The notes below the pieces were generated by a model that saw only the letters and a program-made list of their open reading frames with translations, made no database searches and was not told where the DNA came from. The position numbers and the translations under genes are program-made. Of a DNA stretch of 32,000 nucleotides, positions 7,971 to 15,988 are shown piece by piece (position 1 is the first letter of the stretch; the number at the start of each line of letters is the position of its first letter). The DNA lies in the NCBI RefSeq assembly GCF_001945605.1, contig NZ_MPKA01000044.1, forward strand, positions 150,001 through 182,000, read 5' to 3'. The DNA is from Dubosiella newyorkensis. GTDB lineage: Bacteria > Bacillota_I > Bacilli_A > Erysipelotrichales > Erysipelotrichaceae.

Positions 7971-8006
7971 GAAGTGAAGATCAACACGTGTCTTCACTTC
8001 TTTTTT
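7971..8006 (+). terminator. Rho-independent terminator of the PTS operon
   Basis: GAAGTGAAGA (7971-7980) pairs with TCTTCACTTC (7991-8000) as a perfect 10-bp stem with a 10-nt loop, followed by T6. Confidence 0.85.
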
Positions 8007-8031
8007 ATACTTTTTAGAAAGGGGGTCAAGT

Positions 8032-8358
8032 ATGAAACTATCAAAAAGGGAACGAGAGGCGCTTGCTTTATCCATTCAACAAGAAAATGAAATGCTGAAG
8101 CGCGTAGGAAAGATCATTCGAAATTCATTTGTGGCTTTGGCGGTTTTTCTCTTGTTGTTTTACTGGGGATATTCTGAAATCCATGATGTATTTTTTCCTA
8201 ATCTTTCCGCAAGCGGCCATCAAGTGATCAAATGGATCGGGATCATAGGCTCGATCGCATCGCTAGCGATGTTGATCTTCTCATTGACAGCTCGCCATTA
8301 TGGAAAGAAGAACGTCTTGAAAAAGATCGATAAGTATCAAGGAAGAACATCTTCGTAG
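8032..8358 (+). CDS. Hypothetical small membrane protein (2 TM helices)
   Basis: 108 aa with SD AAGGGGG 5-6 nt upstream. The TM segments are FVALAVFLLLFYWGY and WIGIIGSIASLAMLIFSL. I recognise no family. Confidence 0.55.
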   Translation: MKLSKREREALALSIQQENEMLKRVGKIIRNSFVALAVFLLLFYWGYSEIHDVFFPNLSASGHQVIKWIGIIGSIASLAMLIFSLTARHYGKKNVLKKIDKYQGRTSS

Positions 8359-8439
8359 ATTTACTTTGGTCACTGTTCTTCACATATTTTTACATATTGT
8401 TGACATATTGAGTAGGTAGGATTTGAGTATTCTATAACC

Positions 8440-8519
8440 GAGCAAAGAAATGCTCACTTCATAATCAAATTCCCTTTCTTAAAACTTTCTTGGAAAGAAC
8501 CAGCGCGAGCTGGTTTTTT
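8440..8519 (+). ncRNA. Candidate small RNA, copy A (about 80 nt)
   Basis: A -10-like TATTCT (8428-8433) sits 7 nt before a 5' hairpin (GAGCA-AAGAAA-TGCTC). This is followed by an unpaired AU-rich stretch containing TTCCCTTTCTT, a small hairpin (CTTTC-TTG-GAAAG), and a terminator (CCAGC-GCGA-GCTGG plus T6). There is no convincing -35 box and the ends are only predicted. Confidence 0.45.
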
Positions 8520-8570
8520 CTTTTATACCGTTATTTCACATAAGTCTCCCATTCGATTGCGAAGATGAAT

Positions 8571-8579
8571 TGTTATGAT
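8571..8579 (+). promoter_or_regulatory. Extended -10 promoter (TGtTATGAT) of sRNA copy B
   Basis: TG at 8571-8572, one nt, then TATGAT at 8574-8579. The 5' hairpin of unit B begins 7 nt downstream. Confidence 0.5.
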
Positions 8580-8585
8580 ATAAAA

Positions 8586-8658
8586 GAACAGAAAGTAATC
8601 TGTTCACTTCATAATCAAATTTCCTTTCTTAAAAAAGTCGGTGTTTGCCGATTTTTTT
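8586..8658 (+). ncRNA. Candidate small RNA, copy B (about 73 nt)
   Basis: The 5' hairpin is GAACAG-AAAGTAAT-CTGTTC (8586-8605). The shared core carrying TTTCCTTTCTT follows. The terminator is AAAAGTCGG-TGTTTG-CCGATTTTT with a T7 run. Confidence 0.5.
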
Positions 8659-8739
8659 CTTTTTTATGCTTTAGTGCTTTCACATCAAATCACAAATTAT
8701 ATACATATTAAAAAAGTAGGTTTTAGGTATTCTATAACC

Positions 8740-8821
8740 GAGCAAAGAAATGCTCACTTCATAATCAAATTCCCTTTCTTAAAACTTTCTTGGAAAAAAA
8801 CCAGCTCTAGCTGGTTTTTTT
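8740..8821 (+). ncRNA. Candidate small RNA, copy C (about 80 nt)
   Basis: Same architecture as copy A at an exact +300 offset. The terminator is CCAGC-TCTA-GCTGG flanked by A7 and T7-8. Confidence 0.45.
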
Positions 8822-8866
8822 CATATTTACCTAAAAATCATGTAAGGTTTCTTTATGATAGGAATC

Positions 8867-8875
8867 TGATATAAT
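8867..8875 (+). promoter_or_regulatory. Extended -10 promoter (TGaTATAAT) of the glycosyltransferase cluster
   Basis: TG at 8867-8868, one nt, then a perfect TATAAT at 8870-8875. It lies just downstream of the copy-C terminator and about 25 nt upstream of the first GT start. Confidence 0.6.
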
Positions 8876-8899
8876 GAGCCCGAAAGGATGAAGAATGCT

Positions 8900-9958
8900 A
8901 TGAATCAAAGAAAATTAGAGATTACTATGTTCTCGAGTGCAGACAAGGTTGCTGGACAAGGCGTAGGGTCGGCCTATTTGGAACAAGTCAATCTATTGAA
9001 ATCGCAAGCAAGCGAGCTATTCGATATTAAGATAAATGACTGGTTCGCGAAAGCGGATATCAAGCATTTTCATACGATCGATCCTGCGTTTCTCGTTCCT
9101 ATGCTCGATAAAAAAGCAGTAAAGGTGGCGTATTGTCACTTTTTACCGGATACAGTTATCGATGGAAGTTTGAAGATCCCTTCTGCTTTTCAACCTTTAA
9201 CTTCTCACTATATCATTCATTTTTATAATATGGCGGATCATTTAGTCGTTGTAAATCCAAGCTTTATACCCGACTTAGTCCGTTATGGGATCCCTCGCGA
9301 AAAGATAACGTATATTCCAAATTATGTTTCAAAAGAAAAATTCCACTCTTTAGGACAAGCCAAGAAGGAAGAAACACGCCAAAAATATAATATTCCAGAA
9401 GACGCGTTCATCGCTTTAGGCGTTGGACAAGTTCAGACCCGGAAGGGAGTGCTTGATTTTTGCGAAGTCGCTCAGCTTTGTCCTGAAATCACATTCGTAT
9501 GGGCGGGCGGTTTTTCATTTGGCGCCATGACAGACGGCTATGAAGAACTAAAAGCGCTTATGGAAAATCCACCCGCAAATGTGCGGTTTATTGGAATCAT
9601 CGATCGAAGCGAAATGGTTTCCATTTATAATATGGCTGATGTTCTTTTTGTGCCAAGCTATAATGAACTATTTCCTATGACGATCTTGGAAGCAAGCAAT
9701 CTTGGAATTCCGCTGTTGCTTCGAGACCTGGATCTTTACCGAGATATCTTATTTGGCCATTATCTTATGGCCCAAAACAACGAGCAGTTTGCCAAAGATC
9801 TCATGGTCTTAAAAAAAGATCCGGCACTCTATCAAAAATATCAAAAAGAAAGCGAAGCGATCAGCGCCTATTACTCGAAAGAACACGTGGTCGAAATGTG
9901 GAAATCGTTTTATTTGGATGTTTATCATCAAAAACAAAGAGAGCTAGGAAACGAATAG
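8900..9958 (+). CDS. GT4-family glycosyltransferase, glycosyl-diacylglycerol (membrane glycolipid) synthase-like
   Basis: The N-terminus MFSSADKVAGQGVGSAY and the EX7E-type region FVPSYNELFPMTILEASNLG are typical of the Firmicute glycolipid GT pair. The start is ambiguous (ATG at 8888, 8900 or 8927); 8900 was chosen for its spacing from GAAAGGA. Confidence 0.75.
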   Translation: MNQRKLEITMFSSADKVAGQGVGSAYLEQVNLLKSQASELFDIKINDWFAKADIKHFHTIDPAFLVPMLDKKAVKVAYCHFLPDTVIDGSLKIPSAFQPLTSHYIIHFYNMADHLVVVNPSFIPDLVRYGIPREKITYIPNYVSKEKFHSLGQAKKEETRQKYNIPEDAFIALGVGQVQTRKGVLDFCEVAQLCPEITFVWAGGFSFGAMTDGYEELKALMENPPANVRFIGIIDRSEMVSIYNMADVLFVPSYNELFPMTILEASNLGIPLLLRDLDLYRDILFGHYLMAQNNEQFAKDLMVLKKDPALYQKYQKESEAISAYYSKEHVVEMWKSFYLDVYHQKQRELGNE

Positions 9959-9971
9959 AAAGATTTGGGAA

Positions 9972-11015
9972 ATGAAAAAGACAAACTATTTTTGGAATTT
10001 TGTCCTAATTGCGCTCATTACGGTTGTCGCGTTATGGTTTGCCCTCAAAGATAATTATCATGAAGTGATCAATGCGATCTCAAAATTGAATGGTTTTGCC
10101 CTCGCTCTCATATTAGCGTGGGGCATCGTCTATACGTGTGTATGGGGTATTGTATACCGCGTCCTTGGAAAAAAGTTCGTAAAAAATTATTCATTGTTAG
10201 ATGGGATCATCGTCGCCTTTACCGGTACCTTCTTTTCAGGCATCACGCCTTCGGCGACAGGCGGACAATTTGGACAAGCCTATGTTTTGAAAAAACAAGG
10301 AATCAGCTATGCCGACGGAGCTTCTCTGTTATGGGCTGATTTTATTATTTATCAAACAACAATGATGTTGTATGTAACTCTTTTATTTTTAAGTAAATTT
10401 TCCACCTATTCAGGCCATTCTGTTTGGTTTACACTTGTCTGGGCGGGATATGCGGTCAATGTCGTCGTTATTTTAGGCTTATATACGATGGCGATTTTTC
10501 CAAATGTATATATCCGACTCTCTCAATGGGCGGTAAAGATCCTTTCAAAGATCAAAGTCGTCAAAGATCCAGAAAAGACGCTCGAATCTTGGACGATGCA
10601 GATGACATCCTTTACCGGAGAAATCAAAAAACTATCAAAAGATAAATTGATCATTTTAAAATGTATGCTGATCAATTTTGTCCGCTTGACTTTGCTGTAT
10701 GCTTTGCCTTATGTGATCGCCGTGCTTTTAGGGATCCATTTGCCTTTGAGCAAACTCCTCGACGTGATCGCGCTTAGCTCCTTTGTGACGATGGCCAATA
10801 GCTTTATCCCTATTCCTGGAGCGAGCGGAGGAACGGAAATGATGTTTTCGATCGTCTTTTCTCCATTGTTTCACTCTCTAACAAGCGCCGTCTTGATTTT
10901 ATGGAGAGTTTCCACGTATCATATTATATTGGTGCTAGGAGGGATCATCTTCATGGTTGCCAAAGCGTACTACGAAAGAAGAAAAGACGCTCCTCATCCA
11001 GAAAGCGAGGCATAA
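9972..11015 (+). CDS. Lysylphosphatidylglycerol-synthase TM-region / flippase-like (UPF0104, MprF N-domain-like) membrane protein
   Basis: 347-aa polytopic protein with FFSGITPSATGGQFGQAYVLKKQGI and IPIPGASGGTEMMF, the two conserved glycine-rich motifs of this family. It sits between the two GT4 genes. Confidence 0.75.
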   Translation: MKKTNYFWNFVLIALITVVALWFALKDNYHEVINAISKLNGFALALILAWGIVYTCVWGIVYRVLGKKFVKNYSLLDGIIVAFTGTFFSGITPSATGGQFGQAYVLKKQGISYADGASLLWADFIIYQTTMMLYVTLLFLSKFSTYSGHSVWFTLVWAGYAVNVVVILGLYTMAIFPNVYIRLSQWAVKILSKIKVVKDPEKTLESWTMQMTSFTGEIKKLSKDKLIILKCMLINFVRLTLLYALPYVIAVLLGIHLPLSKLLDVIALSSFVTMANSFIPIPGASGGTEMMFSIVFSPLFHSLTSAVLILWRVSTYHIILVLGGIIFMVAKAYYERRKDAPHPESEA

Positions 11016-11018
11016 TAC

Positions 11019-12992
11019 ATGAATGTAGGTATTTTTACAGATTCCTATTTACCCGATATCAATGGTGTGGTCACCAGCATCGTGACGCTCAAAAAGGCGC
11101 TCGAGCAACTCGGTCACACCGTCTTTATTGTGTCCAATCATATCGGTACTCGAATTCTTTATGATCCAGAAGAAAGGATCTTACGCCTGCCTGGTGTCGA
11201 ACTTAAACATTTATATGGGTATACGATGTCGAGCCCCCTAAATTTCGCAAGAGAATATCTTGAAGAAATGGATCTAGACATTATTCATACCCAACACGAA
11301 TTTGGCGTATCGCTCTATGGAAGAATGATGGGCAAAGAACTCAATATTCCTGTTGTCTACACCTATCATACAATGTATGAAGATTATACCCACTACATCA
11401 ATCCATTCGACTTGAATCATATCGAAAAAGCCGGAAAATGGGTCGTCAAAAGCGCGTCCAGAAAGCTAGGCAATACAGTCCAGGCCGTGATCGCTCCTTC
11501 CGAAAAAACCAAAGAAACTTTATATGAATACGGCGTCCGTGCTCCAATCTATGTTGTTCCTACCGGACTGGACCTGGATCGTTTCAAACTTGAAAACCTC
11601 GAACTAGAAAAGATCCAAAACATCCGTGAACAGCTCGGATTTCACGAAGACACAAAAACACTCGTCTTTGTAGGACGGATCGCCAAAGAAAAATCAATCG
11701 AAATACCGATCGAAGCGCTCTCCCTCCTGAACGATCAAGACATCCATTTGATCATTGTTGGAGCAGGAACCGATGAAGAGTATTATCAAGAGCTTACTTG
11801 GAAAAAAGAGCTGGATCACCGCGTTCACTTTATCGGTAAGATCCCATCCGAACAAATTCCGTATTATTACGCCGCATTTGATGGATTCGTTTCTGCTTCT
11901 TTGACAGAAACACAAGGCTTGACTTATATTGAAGCGCTCGCGAGCGGATTGAATATATTTGGTCGCCGCGACGAAGTGCTCTACGATTTGATCGATGAAG
12001 GAAATACAGGCTATTATTTTGACGATGCGCAAGAACTCAGTCAAAAAATCGAACACTTTTTTTCTTTGTCGCGCGAAGAACGACAAAAAAAAGCCGACCT
12101 ATGTAGAGAAAAGACCATTCCTTACGCGAAAGAGCTTTTTGGACAAAAAGTCATCGCCGTCTATGAACAAGTGATCGATGATTATCGTTTGACGTTTACC
12201 GTAGAAAAGATCCGGATCCAAGATGACTTTGTGAAACTCTATTTAGAGCGCGAAAGCGATGAAGACACGATCAAGATCTTGATCCCGTTGGATGATTTTT
12301 TTGAATTGAAGATCGGACTGCATACGAAAGTCGATGCCTATCTTGTGTCTGGTTATTTAACGATGCAAGAATATTATCAAGCGTATTCGATACTCAAACG
12401 ACGAGTCTTCACGAAAGAACAGTCCGTATTTGAATTGAAACAATATGCCCATCATCATTTTGAATTGGATGAAGCCAAACTCAATCAGCTTATCCAAGAA
12501 TTCCAAGAAAAAAACTGGCTCAACGATCAAAAATATGCCTATGAAAAAGCAGAATATTGGCATGATATGGGCAACTCAAGACGAAATATCGCAGCCAAGC
12601 TTTCAAAAGCCGGGATCGCACGCGATTTGATTGACGAAGTTCTTCAAAATCTAAATACAAAAAAAGAGCTCGCGAACGCCCAAGCGCTCGCTCAGCGCTT
12701 GATCCAGACGGTAAAATTGCAGTCATCGAACATGAAACGGAAAAATATCATCCATAAATTGATCCAAAAAGGATACTCAAGCGATATCGCCCAAGAAGTT
12801 GGAGAAGCTCTAGAACTCGATGACAACGATGAAGAAGCGCTTCAGCTAACCTTTAAAAAGGCTGTGCGCCTCTATTCTTCCTTGCCAGAAGAAAAACGGC
12901 GCCAAAAAATTCGTCAATATTGCTTGCGGAACGGTTTTTCAGGACAAGAAATCGATGAAAAATTAGAAATGAGTGAAGAATTTAATGATTAA
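11019..12992 (+). CDS. Fusion protein: GT4 glycosyltransferase (aa 1 to about 388) plus full-length RecX-like domain (aa about 390-657)
   Basis: The N-terminus MNVGIFTDSYLPDINGVVTSIVTL and the EX7E region SLTETQGLTYIEALASG mark the GT4 part. The C-terminal part carries the three RecX helical repeats: WLNDQKYAYEKAEYW...IAAKLSKAGIARDLIDEVL, IIHKLIQKGYSSDIAQEV, and IRQYCLRNGFSGQEIDEKL. The frame is uninterrupted across the junction near nt 12180. Confidence 0.75.
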   Translation: MNVGIFTDSYLPDINGVVTSIVTLKKALEQLGHTVFIVSNHIGTRILYDPEERILRLPGVELKHLYGYTMSSPLNFAREYLEEMDLDIIHTQHEFGVSLYGRMMGKELNIPVVYTYHTMYEDYTHYINPFDLNHIEKAGKWVVKSASRKLGNTVQAVIAPSEKTKETLYEYGVRAPIYVVPTGLDLDRFKLENLELEKIQNIREQLGFHEDTKTLVFVGRIAKEKSIEIPIEALSLLNDQDIHLIIVGAGTDEEYYQELTWKKELDHRVHFIGKIPSEQIPYYYAAFDGFVSASLTETQGLTYIEALASGLNIFGRRDEVLYDLIDEGNTGYYFDDAQELSQKIEHFFSLSREERQKKADLCREKTIPYAKELFGQKVIAVYEQVIDDYRLTFTVEKIRIQDDFVKLYLERESDEDTIKILIPLDDFFELKIGLHTKVDAYLVSGYLTMQEYYQAYSILKRRVFTKEQSVFELKQYAHHHFELDEAKLNQLIQEFQEKNWLNDQKYAYEKAEYWHDMGNSRRNIAAKLSKAGIARDLIDEVLQNLNTKKELANAQALAQRLIQTVKLQSSNMKRKNIIHKLIQKGYSSDIAQEVGEALELDDNDEEALQLTFKKAVRLYSSLPEEKRRQKIRQYCLRNGFSGQEIDEKLEMSEEFND

Positions 12993-13920
12993 AGATATTC
13001 ATGAAGAAGGAAAGATCCATATCAAAGCGCTGATCACAAAATGCGATCGCGGACGGACCGCCAAAAACACCCCCTACCTTTCGCTGATCTTAGAAGATAA
13101 GTCTGGTATCCTCGATGCCAAATTTTGGAATTTGACCGAAGAACAAATTGGCCAATATCGCGTCGGGATGGTCGTGGAAGCCTATGGAGAAATCCTTTTT
13201 CATAAAAACGCGACGCAGCTGCGCGTCAGAAAATTGATCGTAGACGAAGAAGCCAACCTTCTCGATTACGTGCGCGAAGCGCCGATGGAAAAAGAAGCGA
13301 TGGAACAAGAGATCGACACGATCATCGCCAATATGAAAGATTCAGTGATCCAGGAAGTCGTAAAAAAAGTATTAGAAAGCGTCAAGGAACGCTTTTACCT
13401 CTATCCTGCTGCGACTCGAAATCATCACAATTTCGTAGGCGGACTCGCTTACCATACGATTTGCATGGCAAGAATGGCAAAACCTGTCGTAGAACAATAT
13501 CCATTTTTAGATGAAGATCTCGTTCTCGCAGGAATCCTGCTCCACGATGTTGGAAAAGTCGATGAATTATCGGCCCCGATGTTGCCAGAATATACGAATG
13601 TAGGCAATCTGCTCGGTCATATTTCCATTATGTCGAATCGAATCGATCGGATCGCCACTTCCTTAGGCTATGAAGACGATGAGCGAGTGATCTTGTTGAA
13701 GCACTTAGTGCTTTCCCATCATGGAAAGCTCGAATATGGATCTCCTGTATTGCCAATGATCCCGGAAGCGGAAGTATTGACGATCCTCGACAATCTCGAT
13801 TCAAGAATGTATATGATGAAACAAAGCATCGACGCAAGCCAGCCAGGCACTTTTGGACCTCGCATTTACGCGCTTGACAATCGGATGATCTACCATAGAA
13901 AGAAGGAGGAACAAGAATGA
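12985..13920 (+). CDS. yhaM: 3'-5' exoribonuclease YhaM (OB-fold plus HD domain)
   Basis: The N-terminal OB-fold region reads TPYLSLILEDKSGILDAKFWN. The HD domain carries GGLAYHT, LLHDVGK and LSHHGKLEYGSP. The start is ATG 12985 or GTG 12973; both overlap the upstream stop. Confidence 0.8.
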   Translation: MIKDIHEEGKIHIKALITKCDRGRTAKNTPYLSLILEDKSGILDAKFWNLTEEQIGQYRVGMVVEAYGEILFHKNATQLRVRKLIVDEEANLLDYVREAPMEKEAMEQEIDTIIANMKDSVIQEVVKKVLESVKERFYLYPAATRNHHNFVGGLAYHTICMARMAKPVVEQYPFLDEDLVLAGILLHDVGKVDELSAPMLPEYTNVGNLLGHISIMSNRIDRIATSLGYEDDERVILLKHLVLSHHGKLEYGSPVLPMIPEAEVLTILDNLDSRMYMMKQSIDASQPGTFGPRIYALDNRMIYHRKKEEQE

Positions 13921-15209
13921 AGATCGGATTCGTTTCTTTAGGGTGTTGTAAAAATTTAGTGGATTCCGAAAACATCATGGGAGTCCTTCAAGAAAATGGG
14001 CACCAAATCGTTGGCGATCCCAAACAAGCAGACGCGATCGTCGTCAATACGTGCGGATTTATCGAGTCCGCAAAAGAAGAAAGCATCCAGACGATCTTTA
14101 AAATGAGTCAATACACCGACAAGCTGATCGTTACGGGCTGTCTAGCTCAACGGTATGAACAAGAGCTCAAAGAACAGATCCCGGAAATCAAAGCGGTCAT
14201 TCCGATCAAGGATTATGGAAATCTAGCCGCCCGCTTGCAAGAGGTGCTCCACGATGAAGGAAAGGGCGCTTTTTTGAAAAGCGAAAGACCTCTATCCGGA
14301 AATCCATGGAGCGGTTATGTAAAGATCAGCGATGGCTGCTCGAACCACTGTACTTATTGCGCCATCCCATTGATCCGGGGCGATCAAGTCAGCAAACCAA
14401 TCGAAGATGTGGTCGAGGAAGTCGAGCATCTTTCCAAACTTGGGGTAAAGGAAGTGACTTTGATCGCGCAAGACACGACAAAATACGGACTTGACCTCTA
14501 TGGAAAACTCATGCTTCCAGAGCTTTTAAAAAAAGTGGACGCGATCGAAGGGATCCACTGGATCCGGATCCTTTACATGTATCCAGATGAGATCGAGCCA
14601 GCCGTATTGGATGTGATGGAGAACTCGAACAAGATCTTGCCTTACTTTGATATACCGATGCAGCACGCCAATAACGCTCTGTTAAAAAAGATGAATCGAA
14701 GAGGAACGAAGGAAGACGTGATCGATCTTGTCAAAGAGATCCGCTCCCGCTTTCCGGAAGCGACGCTTCGAACGACGGCGATCGTTGGATTTCCCCAAGA
14801 AAGCGATGCCGACTTTGAAGAGCTCATCGATTTTATTCAAGAGATCAAATGGGATCGATTTGGCGCTTTCACCTATTCAAAAGAAGAAGACACGCCAGCC
14901 TACTCTCTAGAAGGCGAGATCGAGCCAGAAGTTGCGAAAGCTCGATTGGATCGTTTGATGGCTGTCCAAAAGGAAATTTCTTTGAAAAAAAACAAAGCCA
15001 AGATCGGAAAGCGGATCGAAGTTCTTGTCGAAGAAAAAGAAGCGCTGAAGAAACAGTATCGCGGACGCTCGAAAGCGGACGCACCCGATGAAGTCGATGG
15101 ACAAGTGATCTTCACGAGTCCAAAAGAAATTGCGCTCGGAGAATTCGTCACAGTTTTGATTACGGACGCAGCGGCGTATGATTTATTTGGAGAACAAGTC
15201 ATAGAATAA
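13917..15209 (+). CDS. rimO: Ribosomal protein S12 methylthiotransferase RimO
   Basis: The N-terminus MKIGFVSLGCCKNLVDSE with NTCGF and GCLAQR gives the N-terminal cysteine triad. The radical-SAM motif is CSNHCTYC. There is a C-terminal TRAM-like region. It overlaps yhaM by 4 nt (ATGA). Confidence 0.8.
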   Translation: MKIGFVSLGCCKNLVDSENIMGVLQENGHQIVGDPKQADAIVVNTCGFIESAKEESIQTIFKMSQYTDKLIVTGCLAQRYEQELKEQIPEIKAVIPIKDYGNLAARLQEVLHDEGKGAFLKSERPLSGNPWSGYVKISDGCSNHCTYCAIPLIRGDQVSKPIEDVVEEVEHLSKLGVKEVTLIAQDTTKYGLDLYGKLMLPELLKKVDAIEGIHWIRILYMYPDEIEPAVLDVMENSNKILPYFDIPMQHANNALLKKMNRRGTKEDVIDLVKEIRSRFPEATLRTTAIVGFPQESDADFEELIDFIQEIKWDRFGAFTYSKEEDTPAYSLEGEIEPEVAKARLDRLMAVQKEISLKKNKAKIGKRIEVLVEEKEALKKQYRGRSKADAPDEVDGQVIFTSPKEIALGEFVTVLITDAAAYDLFGEQVIE

Positions 15210-15231
15210 ATAGAATAGGAGTCAATAGAAT

Positions 15232-15483
15232 ATGGTAAAAGAAGAATTGATGGCGCGATTAAGCGCTGGGGTTGGCGCAAGCGAAGAAGGCGCCAAGATC
15301 TTAAAAGATGTTGAAAAGGATGGGTCTCTCGTTTCTAAGGAAGACTTTGAAACACAGTTGAAGAGCCTTGAAGAACTCAGCAAAAAATATGCCGAATATG
15401 GAGATGAAGATATGCTCGCCTTCACAAAGAAAAAGATCGAGATCTTTGAGCGCGCGATCAATATTTTAGAAGGAGAGGACTAG
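15232..15483 (+). CDS. Hypothetical small acidic helical protein
   Basis: 83 aa with SD AGGAG 8 nt upstream. I recognise no family. Confidence 0.5.
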   Translation: MVKEELMARLSAGVGASEEGAKILKDVEKDGSLVSKEDFETQLKSLEELSKKYAEYGDEDMLAFTKKKIEIFERAINILEGED

Positions 15484-15485
15484 CT

Positions 15486-15986
15486 GTGTACGATCGTCCA
15501 GGATTGCAGTTGTACAAAGCCCTTCCTCCGCTCGTATTTGAAAATAGTCGGTATTTGTTTTTGGTGACGATGCCTAGTGTGAAAGCAGAAGAAGCGAAGT
15601 TGTATTTTGGCGATCCATCCAATCATTTTTGGGATGTGCTTTCCGCTATTTACGATCTTCCTGTAAACACCAAAGAAGAAAAACTCGCTTTATGCCAACA
15701 AGAAAAGATCGCGATCACTTCAATCGTTGCTTCTTGTTTGAGGCATATGTCCGAAGCCGATACGATGGAAGAGATCCAACTTAATGATATCCAAGGCTTC
15801 TTAGAAGCCCATCCTACGATCGATACGATCATCTGCGTTTCCCATCGTGCCAAAGAGTTGCTGGAACGTTCCAATTATCAAGGTGGATGCGCGATCGAAT
15901 ACGTTCCATCCCCTTCAGGTGCCGACTTGGATTATGAAAGTGTCGACAAACTTCTTCCGAAGTATAAAGAGGCGCTAGGAGTTTAA
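15486..15986 (+). CDS. UDG-superfamily protein, hypoxanthine-DNA (deoxyinosine) glycosylase-like
   Basis: GTG start 8 nt after AGGAGAGGA. The region LFLVTMPSVKAEEAKLYFGDPSNHFWDVL resembles the motif-1 region (G-S-x-P-S...YY..P.N.FW) of family-6-type HDG proteins. The leading Gly-Ser of that motif is replaced here. Confidence 0.55.
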   Translation: MYDRPGLQLYKALPPLVFENSRYLFLVTMPSVKAEEAKLYFGDPSNHFWDVLSAIYDLPVNTKEEKLALCQQEKIAITSIVASCLRHMSEADTMEEIQLNDIQGFLEAHPTIDTIICVSHRAKELLERSNYQGGCAIEYVPSPSGADLDYESVDKLLPKYKEALGV

Positions 15987-15988
15987 GT

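Larger units (their letters stand above)
8379..8821 (+). repeat. Three tandem ~150-bp units (A, B, C) sharing a 31-nt core
   Basis: The core TCACTTCATAATCAAATT(C/T)CCTTTCTTAAAA occurs at 8454-8484, 8604-8634 and 8754-8784, an exact 150-bp register with 30/31 identity. Units A and C are identical over 8428-8496 versus 8728-8796. Every unit begins with TTCACAT. Confidence 0.9.

Noticed and set aside
8454-8784. Three evenly spaced 31-nt direct repeats could be read as a mini CRISPR array.
   Set aside because: There are only three copies with 119-nt intervals, far longer than spacers. Two of the intervals are themselves near-identical. Each repeat is followed by its own hairpin and T-run terminator, and no cas genes or leader are present.
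8379-8821. Type I toxin-antitoxin locus with a small hydrophobic toxin peptide inside the repeat units.
   Set aside because: The only ATG-initiated ORFs inside the conserved units are MLTS-stop (plus strand) and MK-stop (minus strand). No 20-60-aa hydrophobic peptide is encoded.
8641-8874. 77-aa ORF from the six-frame track.
   Set aside because: It starts with GTG inside the terminator of sRNA unit B and has no SD. It reads straight through unit C including its terminator hairpin, and its sequence is low-complexity and Phe/Lys-rich as expected from AT-rich non-coding DNA.
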